Shown here one piece after another: positions 39,141-50,039 of a stretch of 64,000 nt of DNA. The position numbers were made by a program, and so were the translations under genes. The first letter of the stretch is position 1. Every line of letters begins with the position of its first letter. This DNA is from Vitrella brassicaformis CCMP3155. Its lineage: Eukaryota; Protista; Chromerida. The stretch is from the NCBI GenBank assembly GCA_001179505.1, contig CDMY01000869.1:1-64000 (forward strand), in the 5' to 3' direction. The notes under the pieces were generated by a model. That model was given only the letters and a program-made list of their open reading frames with translations, had not been told where the DNA came from and made no database searches.

Positions 39141-40045
39141 GAGGCAATTTGAGCTTCCAGAATGTGTTCCTGGACTGACACCCTTAACGCAAAAGACCGT
39201 ATGTGTTGGACCGCGTTGTCAACAAAACACATGAGACTGCAGACAATCGGACAGCTGATGACTACTAGTGAATTCTTGGCACCAAACAGAGACGCCCAAG
39301 GTTCGGGAGGAGTTGTCGGAACTTGACGACGCGTACGGCGTCCTCTGCGGCATGGAGAGACGCAACAGAGCAGCACTTCCACGCAAAGAGAGTGGTCTCG
39401 TCAGACTGGCGGGTTCTTGTCGCTTCTGCGGTTCTTTTTCTCTTTCTCTCATTTGTTGACCTTTTTCGTTTGTCGCAGAACAGCGCTAGCTCGTTGGTCT
39501 GTTAAGGAAAACGTAAATAAAGCCCTATCCAGTGGCAGCCTCGACGTAGTGTTCTCAAATTGTCAGCGTCTCAACTTGGCAGCGTTCGCGTTCGCGCATT
39601 TTGCCGATCAGTTCTCAAGGATATCGCGGGAGAAGACAGAAGTTCGTTGGGATGCATTCTTTCCCGGAGGACTTGCCCGCTGCTGAATGAAACGAAGGTT
39701 TGTCGCGCGATTGATTGAAGTGCTGATTTGCAAAGACAGACGGTTATGAGTTGGGATGGGCGAGGATAGGTGCGAATATATGTCTGTCCCATTCAAGACA
39801 GGGTGGCTAGCTGCGGTTTGGTGGTGTCTTCATCTATTTATTTATCTATTTATTAGTTTATTTGGTACTTTTTTTCCGTTTCCTGTTTGGTTTCCGTGGT
39901 ACATAAATATGCTTCGTCATCCCATTGAACCTTGGACTGAGACTAATGCATTGATCGGTACTACTGACCTTAATTAAGTGTCTCTGTATGTACAGTCTAT
40001 CCACAAACGAAAACGCGCTCGGATGCGATCAAATACAGAAGTCTT

Positions 40046-42522
40046 TCAGGCACTTGACAGGAAAATGAACGAGAATCCAACCACAGCTGCATCGCAGAGA
40101 CAAACAGGTTCACTTCGCTACCCAGGTGTAGTCTGCTGCAGCGATCTACCTGCGATGGTAGAGAAGACGCTACCGTAGTAGGGAAACGCGCACCAAATGA
40201 ACCTGGCGTAGTCGTCGTGCTTGAAGTTGCGAAGAGGGGCCTTTACATTTCACGATTTGAATCAGCGAGAACGATTAAAAGAATGTTTGTCCATAAGCGT
40301 CTTCACTCACCTGTTCCTCGATGTGCAAGAACGTGTAGCCCTGCCTGCGGTGATCTATGACGAACTTGAACACCCCCCAGTGGTCCGGAGCCTGGCAACA
40401 GCGCGTGACACAGTCTAAACACGGGCCAGACTCTGTTGGCTGACCTTGAAGTTGGTGGTGAATGTGCCAGAGGAAGCCTTGTTGTCCAGAAACAGCCGCA
40501 GATAGGGATCCAGCATCACAAATTCAACCTGCGGTGGAAAAAAGGACGGGAGACGCGGGTACCTATGGTGACGCTTGACGTCAGTCTGCTGCCTCTCGAA
40601 CCTGCACGTCGTCCCCCATGTAGGCAACCCACTTGCCTGAGAAGCATCAATGGATGCTCCGGACCCCTGGGTTACCGATTTTTGTCTCTTCACCTTGTTT
40701 GATCTCTTGGATGTCGATTGAGAATGTGATGTTGTCCATGATCCGGTACATGTAAGGAGCCGATTCTTCGTCGTATTTGTGGTGACGCAGATTGATACTA
40801 CGCAAAACACCTAAGCCAGCCATATTCGCTGGTATAAAAAATGCAAACTTCGTGTCTTCCGCTTGTTCCTCTACCAGTTTGGTGGCACGTCCACGCGGCG
40901 AGCTGGCCACAAAACTGGGAGTTAGACACATTGCTGCGCAGTAAAGACACACGTGCACGTGCGCCCACGCTCCATAATAGAATAGACCGTGTCATGTCCC
41001 AGCTGTACCTAAGTAGGAAGAATTCATCAGAGAACATGTCTAGCGACCCGGAGAAGACAGCGCGCGCCGAATTGTGAGCCTGAAAAAAACAATGACTCTT
41101 CCGCGTCACTCCCGTTCACAGCGCTTTCGTTCACGACCTGCATGGCCGAAACCAAAAAGGTGTTTTCTGCAGGAGGCACAGCGCTTTGTTCGAGGGTGAC
41201 TGACGTGTGATCCTTTGTCTTCCTCTTCTGTCTCTGCCTGTCTCCACCTTGTTTGTCCCCTCGGTATCCGGCGTCCTCTTCCACCGACGCGGGCGCGCTG
41301 TAGGTGGTTGGCGACGCGCGCAAGATACTGAAGGTGAGCGAATTGCTGGGACTCAACCAGTGACCTACTCCTGGTCAAACAAAGAGCTCTCATTTCTTTC
41401 TGTCTTTGCCGTTCTCGTTCGGAGCCTCAACCTACCTCTGTACGCGACTGGCCCTCCTAGCGCTTTGTCATCAACAACGGGCGTGCTCCGAAGTATCTGA
41501 GATGCATAACCGATTCACAAAGCGCTTTCTCCATGGACTCAATGTAGGTGTGGCAATTTCACCTTGTCCGATGTAATCATTGAGTGTTGTCCTTCGTCGC
41601 TTCCGTGGAATGCAAAGTGATCACGCAAGACCCACCCCTGAACAGGATTTCACGTTCCACAAGTGTGTCTGCCTCATGCAGCCTTTACCCTTCTGTCCAG
41701 GTCCATCCCCAGCTCGTTGGCGAATGTCCGCAGCTCTTTCCATTGAGCAGATGATGCCACGGCAGCCGTATCGTCACCGCTTCCGTCGGAGTTGCCCTGC
41801 ACGGAGGCACCGGTTGCGATGAGCAGATTGCCCCCATCGTCCATGAACGACAGCAGCTGCCCGAACAGCGACCGGAGGGCGTCAGACGACGGGAATGGGG
41901 CGCGCAGAAACAGCACCACGTTGTTGAAGGCCCTCTCGCCGTGGCGGAACATTTCTTTATCGACGTCACTGTCGCGAACTTTGCGATACGCAAGGCGGTG
42001 GCCAGCGGCTAAGCGTGCAAACAACAGCAATATTATTTATTGACTCATTCATGCATTATTGTGGCTGACCCTCCATTTGTTTGAAGAAACGCGTGAATGA
42101 GTCTTTCATCTCGATTGGGTCCAGTACCACCTGAAAGCATCAGGCGTCGCCAGGGCGTCACAAGGCACCACTCGTTCCATACTAGTGTTCTTGGATTGTC
42201 GTATTTGTGATCATCCACTGCAGGGCGGACCTCAGGAGCCGTCACTGACAGACACACATACCAGCTACCCGTATCAGAGTGCTTCGCGGATGCTCCTTGC
42301 TCACCTTCATTCCTGACAGACGTTCCCAGCAATGCCTCCTTGATGCGTTCGTCAACTAATGGGGGCGCTGGACAGCAATGCACAGGCACAAAAGAAAGAA
42401 GGCAGTCAGATGATGATTATTCGCTTGACGTGCTTCACTCGTATCTCACCTTTCGCAAGATCTGTAGTGCAAAGGACGCACGGGATGACAGCCACCAACA
42501 ATGGCAGCGTAAAAAGTGCCAT
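40046..42522 (-). CDS. OST48: Oligosaccharyltransferase 48-kDa subunit (OST48/Wbp1/DDOST)
   Basis: Signal peptide MALFTLPLLVAVIPCVLC; FMDDGGNLLIA; VEFVMLDPYLRLFL; APDHWGVFKFVIDHRRQGYT; PLRNFKHDDYARFIWCAFPYYGSVFS plus a C-terminal TM segment. Confidence 0.93.
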
Positions 42523-42551
42523 AGCTGCTTTCTCAAGGCAGGTTGCGCCTA

Positions 42552-42561
42552 TAAGCTCGCA
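42552..42561 (+). promoter_or_regulatory. TAAGCTCGCA motif between OST48 and ATG6
   Basis: ataagctcgcagat shares 13 nt with the 23123 site. Confidence 0.65.
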
Positions 42562-42638
42562 GATCGAGCTGCAGGGTGCTCCTGAAACCGCTACGAGAGG
42601 ATGCTCCACTACGAGAGGAATGCTATAGGCGCAGAGCT

Positions 42639-44960
42639 ATGATAGCCCCCAGCAGCCAACCGTCTGGTGCTTCATCGAGCAGCTCCTCCCGACAGCAGCT
42701 CAATGTCATCAACTACTGCTCGAAGTGCAACGTACCCTTGGCCATTGTCGATGACATACCCAGCATCGACACTGTCGATCTTCACAGTACGCACACCAGC
42801 ACACGGCAAGAACGGAGGCCTAGCTTGTTCTTCCCTGTCCTTGTTAGAGTCGTTTGCAACGATGCTTGAGTCGTTTGTGGTGTTGGCTGGCGCGGCCTCA
42901 ACACTCGAAGCCAGCAAGATGGGAGCGGGTGGTGGGAATGGCGGATACCATGACGCCATCAGCCGGGTGGAGAGGATACTGGACCTCGCATCGGTAATGC
43001 ACACACTGCACGCATTCACGATCAGTCCAACTGCCTGGTTGCTGGGCGGCTGCCTCGGTCTCTCTTCTGTGTGTAGGGTCAGGCCGATGCCACCCATCCA
43101 TTGTGTGTCGACTGCGTGGACCAGGTTTTGGAAGAGGCCCAGAAGCAAGCACAGGAAGCGGAAGAGGAGAAAAAAGCCTACCAGGCCGCGCTGCAGGCAC
43201 TCGAAAATGAACAGAACCAACACAAACAGCATGTATGGCCCTCACTCGCTGCACGTATGCTTGACGCCACAACCCGACGTGTACATGTCTGTCTGGTTCA
43301 GGGTAGCTCTGCTGGCCGTCAGTTGGAGGATGAGATTCACCGACTCGAGGAGGAGGAGAGGCATTTGCTCAGGGAAATCGAGTCTGTCGACCACCAGCTA
43401 GCAGCACTTCATGTGAGCCCCCCAAGACAGGCAGGAAGACAGGGCCCTACCTTGGTTTGATCTGAGAACGCTTCGCCTTGTGTGCGCCGCTCTTGGTGCT
43501 TGTAGCGTGAGGAGAGCACTCTCCAGGCTGAAATGAAACAGCTACATGAAGATGAACACAGGTGCGCGGAACCAGCGGAGATCAATCAATTCGTTAACAC
43601 ACGATCAACCCATTCCCTCTCGGCTGCCTTTCTTTGTCGTTGTGTGCCCAGTTTTTGGACGTCATTCAGCGACTACCAGAGTCAGGTCGTCTGCCACGAG
43701 GAGGAAGTGGCCGCAACCAACGTATGACGGCACATTTGGAAATGAATGCCGGACGGGCACTTGTGACGATTGGGCTTGGCTGTCTGTCAGGCCGCCATTC
43801 ACTACGCAACGAGGCAGCTGCAGCGACTGAAGACCATGAACGTCATTAACGACACCTTCCACATATGGTAGGTGTCACACTGTGCCGGCACGCAGCATCC
43901 ATGTTTCGACAGACGAAAGGCTGAGCAGTGGCTGGATACGTGTACTTTTCATTCGTTCAGGCAAGATGGTCCCTTCGGGACCATTAACGGCTTCCGGTTA
44001 GGCAAACTGCTGCACACACCGGTAGGACCGCAACAAACCTGGCAGGCATTCGCGAATCAAGCGTTCCCCACTGTAATGGCTGGTGTGTTGCTGGTTTGTC
44101 TACCAAGGTGTCCTGGGACGAGATCAATGCGGCGTGGGGCCAGGTGTGTCTGCTGCTCGACGTTGTCACCAAAAAGTGCCGATTGCAGCTTCAGAAGTAA
44201 AGCAAGAGACCCGCCTGTTCGTATTCAAATATGGCTGGCGGGGCACATTGCGTCTTGGTGTGTGCCAGGTACCGCTTGTTGCCTCGCGGGAGCTACTCAG
44301 CAATCATTAGGAAGGTCAGGCACTTCGGCAGGCCTCCCGATGTCCTTCCTTCCACTTTCATGGTGACAACGTGTGTGGCTTGTTCAGCACGACAAGGCCA
44401 CGCTTGAGTTGTATGGGAGCGAGGGGGGACTGTCGCGGTTCTTCTCGGGCCGCAGATTCGACCAAGCGATGGTGGCCTTTCTCGACTGTGTGCAGGTAGA
44501 TCCATGTCGACACAGGCACGCACACAAACGCTACCACTTCCAGAGGGGAGGGAGGGATGCGCACGCGCATGCGCATGACTGGAATGATTCATTGCATGAA
44601 TGCGCGCGTGTATGTATCAGGAGGTGGCCAACATGATCCACCGCCGCGGTGACCCCACAGCCCGCATTCCCTTCAAGTACGTAAGACAACCGATGCGGTC
44701 GTGTGAGTGGGGCAGGGCTTGTGCGTTCGTGTACATTTTCAGGATCGACGGTGACAAGATCGAGGGGTTTCCCATTCGCCTGCAGTTCAATCAGGAAGAA
44801 AGGTCATGTGCAGTCACACACCACAGCCTACCACACACGGAAGGATTCAACACTGTGTCGACAATCCTCCCCAAACATTGCGTGCAGGTGGACGAAGGCT
44901 CTCAAGTTCCTTCTCATTGACCTCAAGTACATTATTGCTCTCGAGGCTGCCTCTAGATGA
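42639..44960 (+). CDS. ATG6: Beclin-1 / Atg6 / Vps30
   Basis: CSKC, HPLCVDC, a coiled coil, NVINDTFHIW|QDGPFGTINGFRLG, SWDEINAAWGQVCLLL, RFDQAMVAFLDC and FNQEERWTKALKFLLIDLK. Confidence 0.95.
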
Positions 44961-45229
44961 TAGGCGTTCATGTAAAATCGACTGGGGCGGCCGCCCGGCG
45001 CAGTAGTGGTGTACAGCTGACGCTTTTTCGTAGAGATATGTATGGTGCAATAGTTCGGAGACGTCCTTGCGGTATTACGTGGTGCCGCGTGTGGAAACAG
45101 TTGTTCTAATCAACACACGCCCATCAATACATGCCCATCAGATAGCTGCCTGCAGGAACTTAAACAGCGCTTCTCGTCCATGTGCTCATCGCCAATGGTA
45201 AATTCTTTGTCTCCCCGGGCCCCAAAGAA

Positions 45230-47477
45230 ATGGGGGCGAGTAAATTTTTCCGGCGCGGAAAACCCGCTTGGACAGAAGCTCGCCAGCCCGACAAAAAGAA
45301 GGAAAAAAGGAGAAGGAAGTACACACGCGGCCACACAGCACTCAAACCACAGACATGCACCCATGCGCCGTGTGTCGTGTTCGTCGTGCAGTCAAGGGCG
45401 AGGAGGAGAAGAAAGACGAGGAGAAGGCCTCCGACACGTGGGGGAGGTCCTTCCCTTGCCGAGACGGCAGCGATCCCTTGCCGGCGATCCACGACGTCCG
45501 TATCCACAAATACTCATGGTGAGGGGAGGGGGAGGACCGGAGAGACGGGTGTGTCAATGGAACAGATGTGTGCGTGCGTGTGTGGGTGTGTGCTCCAGAA
45601 GAGGTTGTATGACGAGGTTTGCCGCCACGGCAATCGGAAGCCGAATCCTCTTGTGCTCGATTTACTACCGGACGAAGACAAACCGCCGGGTGACCTGGCT
45701 TTCCATGCCGCCGGCAACAATCGACACACATTCGAGAAGAGTTTGCGGATTCTACCGCCAGACATCAGTTGCATCACGGAGCTGTTTCTTGGCTTCCCTA
45801 AGTGGTCTGCTGTTATCACTGCTCTCGATTTCTCCTACAATTTTATTGGTGAGTATGTTCGTACACATCCATAAACGCAGCAGGTGGGCGTTGCCTTGAT
45901 ATGAGGCGGTGTGGATGTGTGGCAGGTGATGCCGGGGCCGAAGAGCTGGCTCGGTTGCTACCAGGTAGAGAGATGGGGTCACAGCCCTGCTGACCATGGC
46001 ATTGCCACGTCTATCTTGTCTACTACCTGCGTGTCTCTCCCTCCCTCCCTCCCTTTTTTATGTAGAGTGCCCATTGTTGGCGTCCCTTGCCCTGATCGAC
46101 AATTCGATTGGCGCATCGGGTATGTGCGCTCTTGTAGAGGCCATCAAGAGGGCAGGTCTCGCACACCTAAGGGCCTTCGATGTCTCCCTCAATCCACTGC
46201 ACAAGAAAGGAGGCCTCGCTGCCGCAGCGCTGATTGAGAAAACTGCCCACAAGGGGGACGACGGCGCGAATGGGGGGCGCTCTAAGGTCATGCTTCAAGA
46301 GCTCAGGCTGGCCTCCTGCGAGCTCGAAGTGGACAGCGTCGTGGCAAGTACCTAAGCCAAATATATCCATGCACAACAAAGAAAACTCGTCCCCCAACCG
46401 ACCTAGTGTCTGTCTCGCTGTCTCTCGGTTTGTCTGGCTGTGTCTGTCCTGGCAGTCGCAGAGCGGCTTGCACTGGCGAATCGGGTGGGTGGGAACCGAG
46501 ACATTGAAACAGACCAGCATGAGATGAGTCAGCATGAGTCGGGTTACCTTTGTGCGTCTTTGTTTGGCTGCCTGTCTCTGTCTCGGCTTGGTTGGTTTGG
46601 CTCAGACGCTGCGGGTGCTAGACGTGTCGAATCCGAGGCTGTTCAGCCTGCAAGCGGACCTGTCTGAGCATTATGCCAGGATGGTACGAATGAACCCCAC
46701 CCTGGAGACAGTGCACGTTGCCAAGCAGCGTCTGGGCGATGAGGGCACGAGGATCCTCGTCCAGGGGCTGCTCGAGAACCGCACGCTGAGGTGTCTTGAC
46801 CTCAAGGCCAATAACATCAGCATCACCGGCGCATCCCACCTGGCCACGCTCTTGCGGGCCGACTCCAATCTCGAAACCCTCATCCTCAGAGCTAATCCTA
46901 TTCAGGTATAAAGGCAGTGAGGCAGTGAGGACCTAGGCAAGCTCTCGAGACGTGATTGACGGATGGAGGAAGGACGGCAGAGAGGGAGCCAAGGGAGCAT
47001 GCATGCGCTTGTGTGTTTGGCGTGGTATCGTCCCTGCATGTCTATAGGATGAGGGTGTGGGCCATATCAGCCACGCTCTGTGGTACAACCGTAGTCTGAG
47101 GCACCTGGACTGCGGCATGTGCGCACTGACGGGCAAGGGCGTCTGTCAGGTGGCCGACGCTATCGAGAGGAACACGTGAGCAGAGCAGGACGCATACACC
47201 CACACCCATCCCATCACTCACCCACCCACTGTCATAATGATGTCTCCACATGATTGCCTGCCTGCCTGCCTGCGTTGCTACGTGCAGCACGATTGAGCGC
47301 CTGGAGTTGTTTGAGAATGCTTGGGACGAGGACAGCGCCCAGCGCTTTCATGAGGTGCTGGAGGGAGTGCAGAATCGACTGACGCCCCTGGCCCTCGACT
47401 TTTTGCCTTACTGCGTGCCGGTCAAGCCACATGACATCAACATGCAGTATTTCGTGGCTGCACGCTCACTTGACTGA
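45230..47477 (+). CDS. RNI-type leucine-rich repeat protein (LRRC34-like); start uncertain
   Basis: ITALDFSYNFI, NSIGASG, LRAFDVSLNPL, LETVHVAKQRLGDEG, LRCLDLKANNISITGA, LETLILRANPI, IERLELFENAW and a C-terminal LDFLPY. Confidence 0.75.
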
Positions 47478-47661
47478 TAGAGTCTGCTCTGAATCACCGA
47501 GCATCACACATGTACGTACAGCAGCCATCGATGTGATGATGGACACACACTGCCTGGCCACACATGACCGTTTTGCACACAACTCAAAACACCGAACGTC
47601 TCGAGGCCTCTGGAAGGCCTGCTCCCGCCGGCTGGAATTCATGAATCCGTCCCTAGTCACA

Positions 47662-49897
47662 TCAGGTCCTGAGGTAGCTTCGCTGGCGCTTCTTCTGCAC
47701 AGCCTGGGGAGCCGCACCTATCTCACCTGCACACAACACACACACACACACACACACAGACAGACACACAGACAGACCATGATGAGACAGGGAGTGAGTG
47801 AGGTGGTCGGGGTGGCGTGTCCGTCCGTGTCTCACCAGTAATAGAGTCCATGATGAATTCGGCCGGCATGGTTTGTGTCTTGGGCACTCGTAGGATGGTG
47901 AGGCCACCCAGAGGTATCTTCCCCATGTCGATCTGGATGTGCGGGTACTCCGTCTTGAAGTACTGAATGAATCCGATCAACCGCACATACGTACGTACAT
48001 ACGCATGCCATTCATGCCCAAGGGCACAACCAATCAGGCAAGGAAGCAAGCAACACAGGGCGCCTGGGTGCGCTGGCTGCATCTAGTCAGTGTACGCAAG
48101 AATGTCTGGCTGCCTGCCTGCCAGTGTTGCGTGGGCCAACGTAGGTAACCTGTACGAGGGCGCTCGGGGGTGGCGGCTCGAACCCCTCAGGGAGGGCCTC
48201 CCACCTAGACAGACAGGACAAACATACGTTCGCACAGATCGACGACTCACACACACACGTGACAAATCTATCTCCGAGGGTGAATCTGTCTGTCTGTCTG
48301 TCTGTCACCTCCCTCCCTCCCTCCCTCCCTCACTTGTCCAGGATAGGGTTGTGGTATGCCCGCACCAGTGGCACACCCCGCATACTGTCGTCAGTGTCGG
48401 CGTCCGAGTAACTGCACTCACGCCACAGCAGGCAAACAAACAAGTCGACAGACATGACACATGCTAACTTCATGTCGAGCAGCAAAGAGTCCGGCGCCGC
48501 AGAGCCCAGCCAGCCAGCCAGCCAGCCAGCCACCCCCGACATGCATGTCATGTATGTTGCTCACTCTGGGTGATTCTGTCCGTGTATGTCAGCGGCGAAG
48601 AGTCCGACGATCGACACGCCGAGGAACACAAGCACCATGTAGGCAATCTGCGACATACAGGCACCAGACCAGGGTGGGGATGCATATGTATATGCAAGCC
48701 AAGCCGTCCGGTGATTGTGTGTGTACACGTGCATATGATATGATAGTATGTGTACGCATCTAAGTATGGATGGATGTATGTGTTGGTGTGTGTCACGGCG
48801 TGTGTTTGGTGCTGTGCTGTGCTGTGCTGCTCACGGGGAACATGGGGTGCACGTCATCGGGGGGCACGTGGTCCTTGATGCCTGGGGGAATAACCAATTC
48901 ATCAAGCACCCATCCACCCACCCACCCACTCAGTCAATCAGTGAGTCAGTGACACCCCTCGCCGCCTCACCTGCCGCGTACTTCTTGTAGCGCTCGCGAC
49001 GCGCCTCTGCAATCGATTGCAGCACAACACAAGCCAATCAATGATGGTGCGGTGCGTCCTCTCGACACTGCCCGGCATTCATTCATTCTTGTTGATTGCA
49101 ATGCAGTCATTGCAACAAGGATGAATGCCGTGTGCGACTGACTGTACTGACTGACCCCTCTCCTCAGCGGTTTCCATCCTCCACTTGTGCTGCCAATAGT
49201 CGCGCATTGTCTGGGTGGTGCCAGCTCCGCCCTGTGCTGCACTGCCAGCAGCCTTGACATCTTCCATCGTGAACTGAATCTCGGCATCGTACTGGCTCCT
49301 CTTCCACTTGTCGTTGAGGACCTTGTACGCCTCCTGCACCTCGTGGAAGCGGTCGGCGGCACGGGGGTCGTTGGGGTTCTGGTCGGGGTGACACTCCTTG
49401 ACCCTCTGCAGGTACCTCTCTTTTATCTGAGACGGACGCGCCGTGCGAGGGATGCCCAACACATCGTAATAGGTCCGCTCCCTGCGCTTGGCCGTGCCGC
49501 CTCGAGAGCCGGTGGCCCTGCTGCCGGAGCTGCCGCTATTGCTGCCGCTGCTGTCGCCCCCAGTGCCGCTCGACGACCTGCCACGTGCCGACTGGTTGTC
49601 TTGCTGTGAGCTCCAAGTGCCGTGGTGGTTGCTGGTACTATTGTTGCTGTTGTGCGATGATGAGTCGCTGGTGGCGTCACCGGAGCTCCTGCGCTCTCCA
49701 TGGCTGCCACCCACCCTCCGCCCATCCTTGCTGTATCCCGTGCTCTTATAGCTCCCACCACCATACCTCGGATCATGAGCCGTCTTGAGGACCATGCGGC
49801 TGCTGTGCACGTGCCGAGAAGCTCCGCGACCATGGACCATTGATCGGACCAGGCACCGGTGCAAATGCCTGTGCAGAGCAGGGTGCCACATCATCAT
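47662..49897 (-). CDS. DnaJ (J-domain) protein, probably mitochondrial
   Basis: TYYDVLGI..IKERYLQRVKECHPDQNPNDPRAADRFHEVQEAYKVLND..RSQYD contains the HPD motif. The N-terminus is R/H-rich and presequence-like; there is a hydrophobic segment in a later exon. Confidence 0.9.
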
Positions 49898-49994
49898 TGC
49901 CGCCACGCATCATATCATTGGTTAAATAGACCCGGATGTTGCCGCACGGACGGACGGATGACGTGACGCCAGAAAAGGGAGTGCAGATCTTTTC

Positions 49995-50004
49995 CAAGCT
50001 CGCA
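49995..50004 (+). promoter_or_regulatory. CAAGCTCGCA motif between the DnaJ and 4xHTH genes
   Basis: ccaagctcgcac. Confidence 0.55.
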
Positions 50005-50039
50005 CGGCTTCCGAATCTGCCCCTACATGTTCTGCAGGG

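Noticed and set aside
32300-42600. Bacterial contamination or prophage/viral insertion
   Set aside because: The genes in this zone have spliceosomal GT-AG introns and include eukaryote-specific OST48; I saw no viral hallmark genes.
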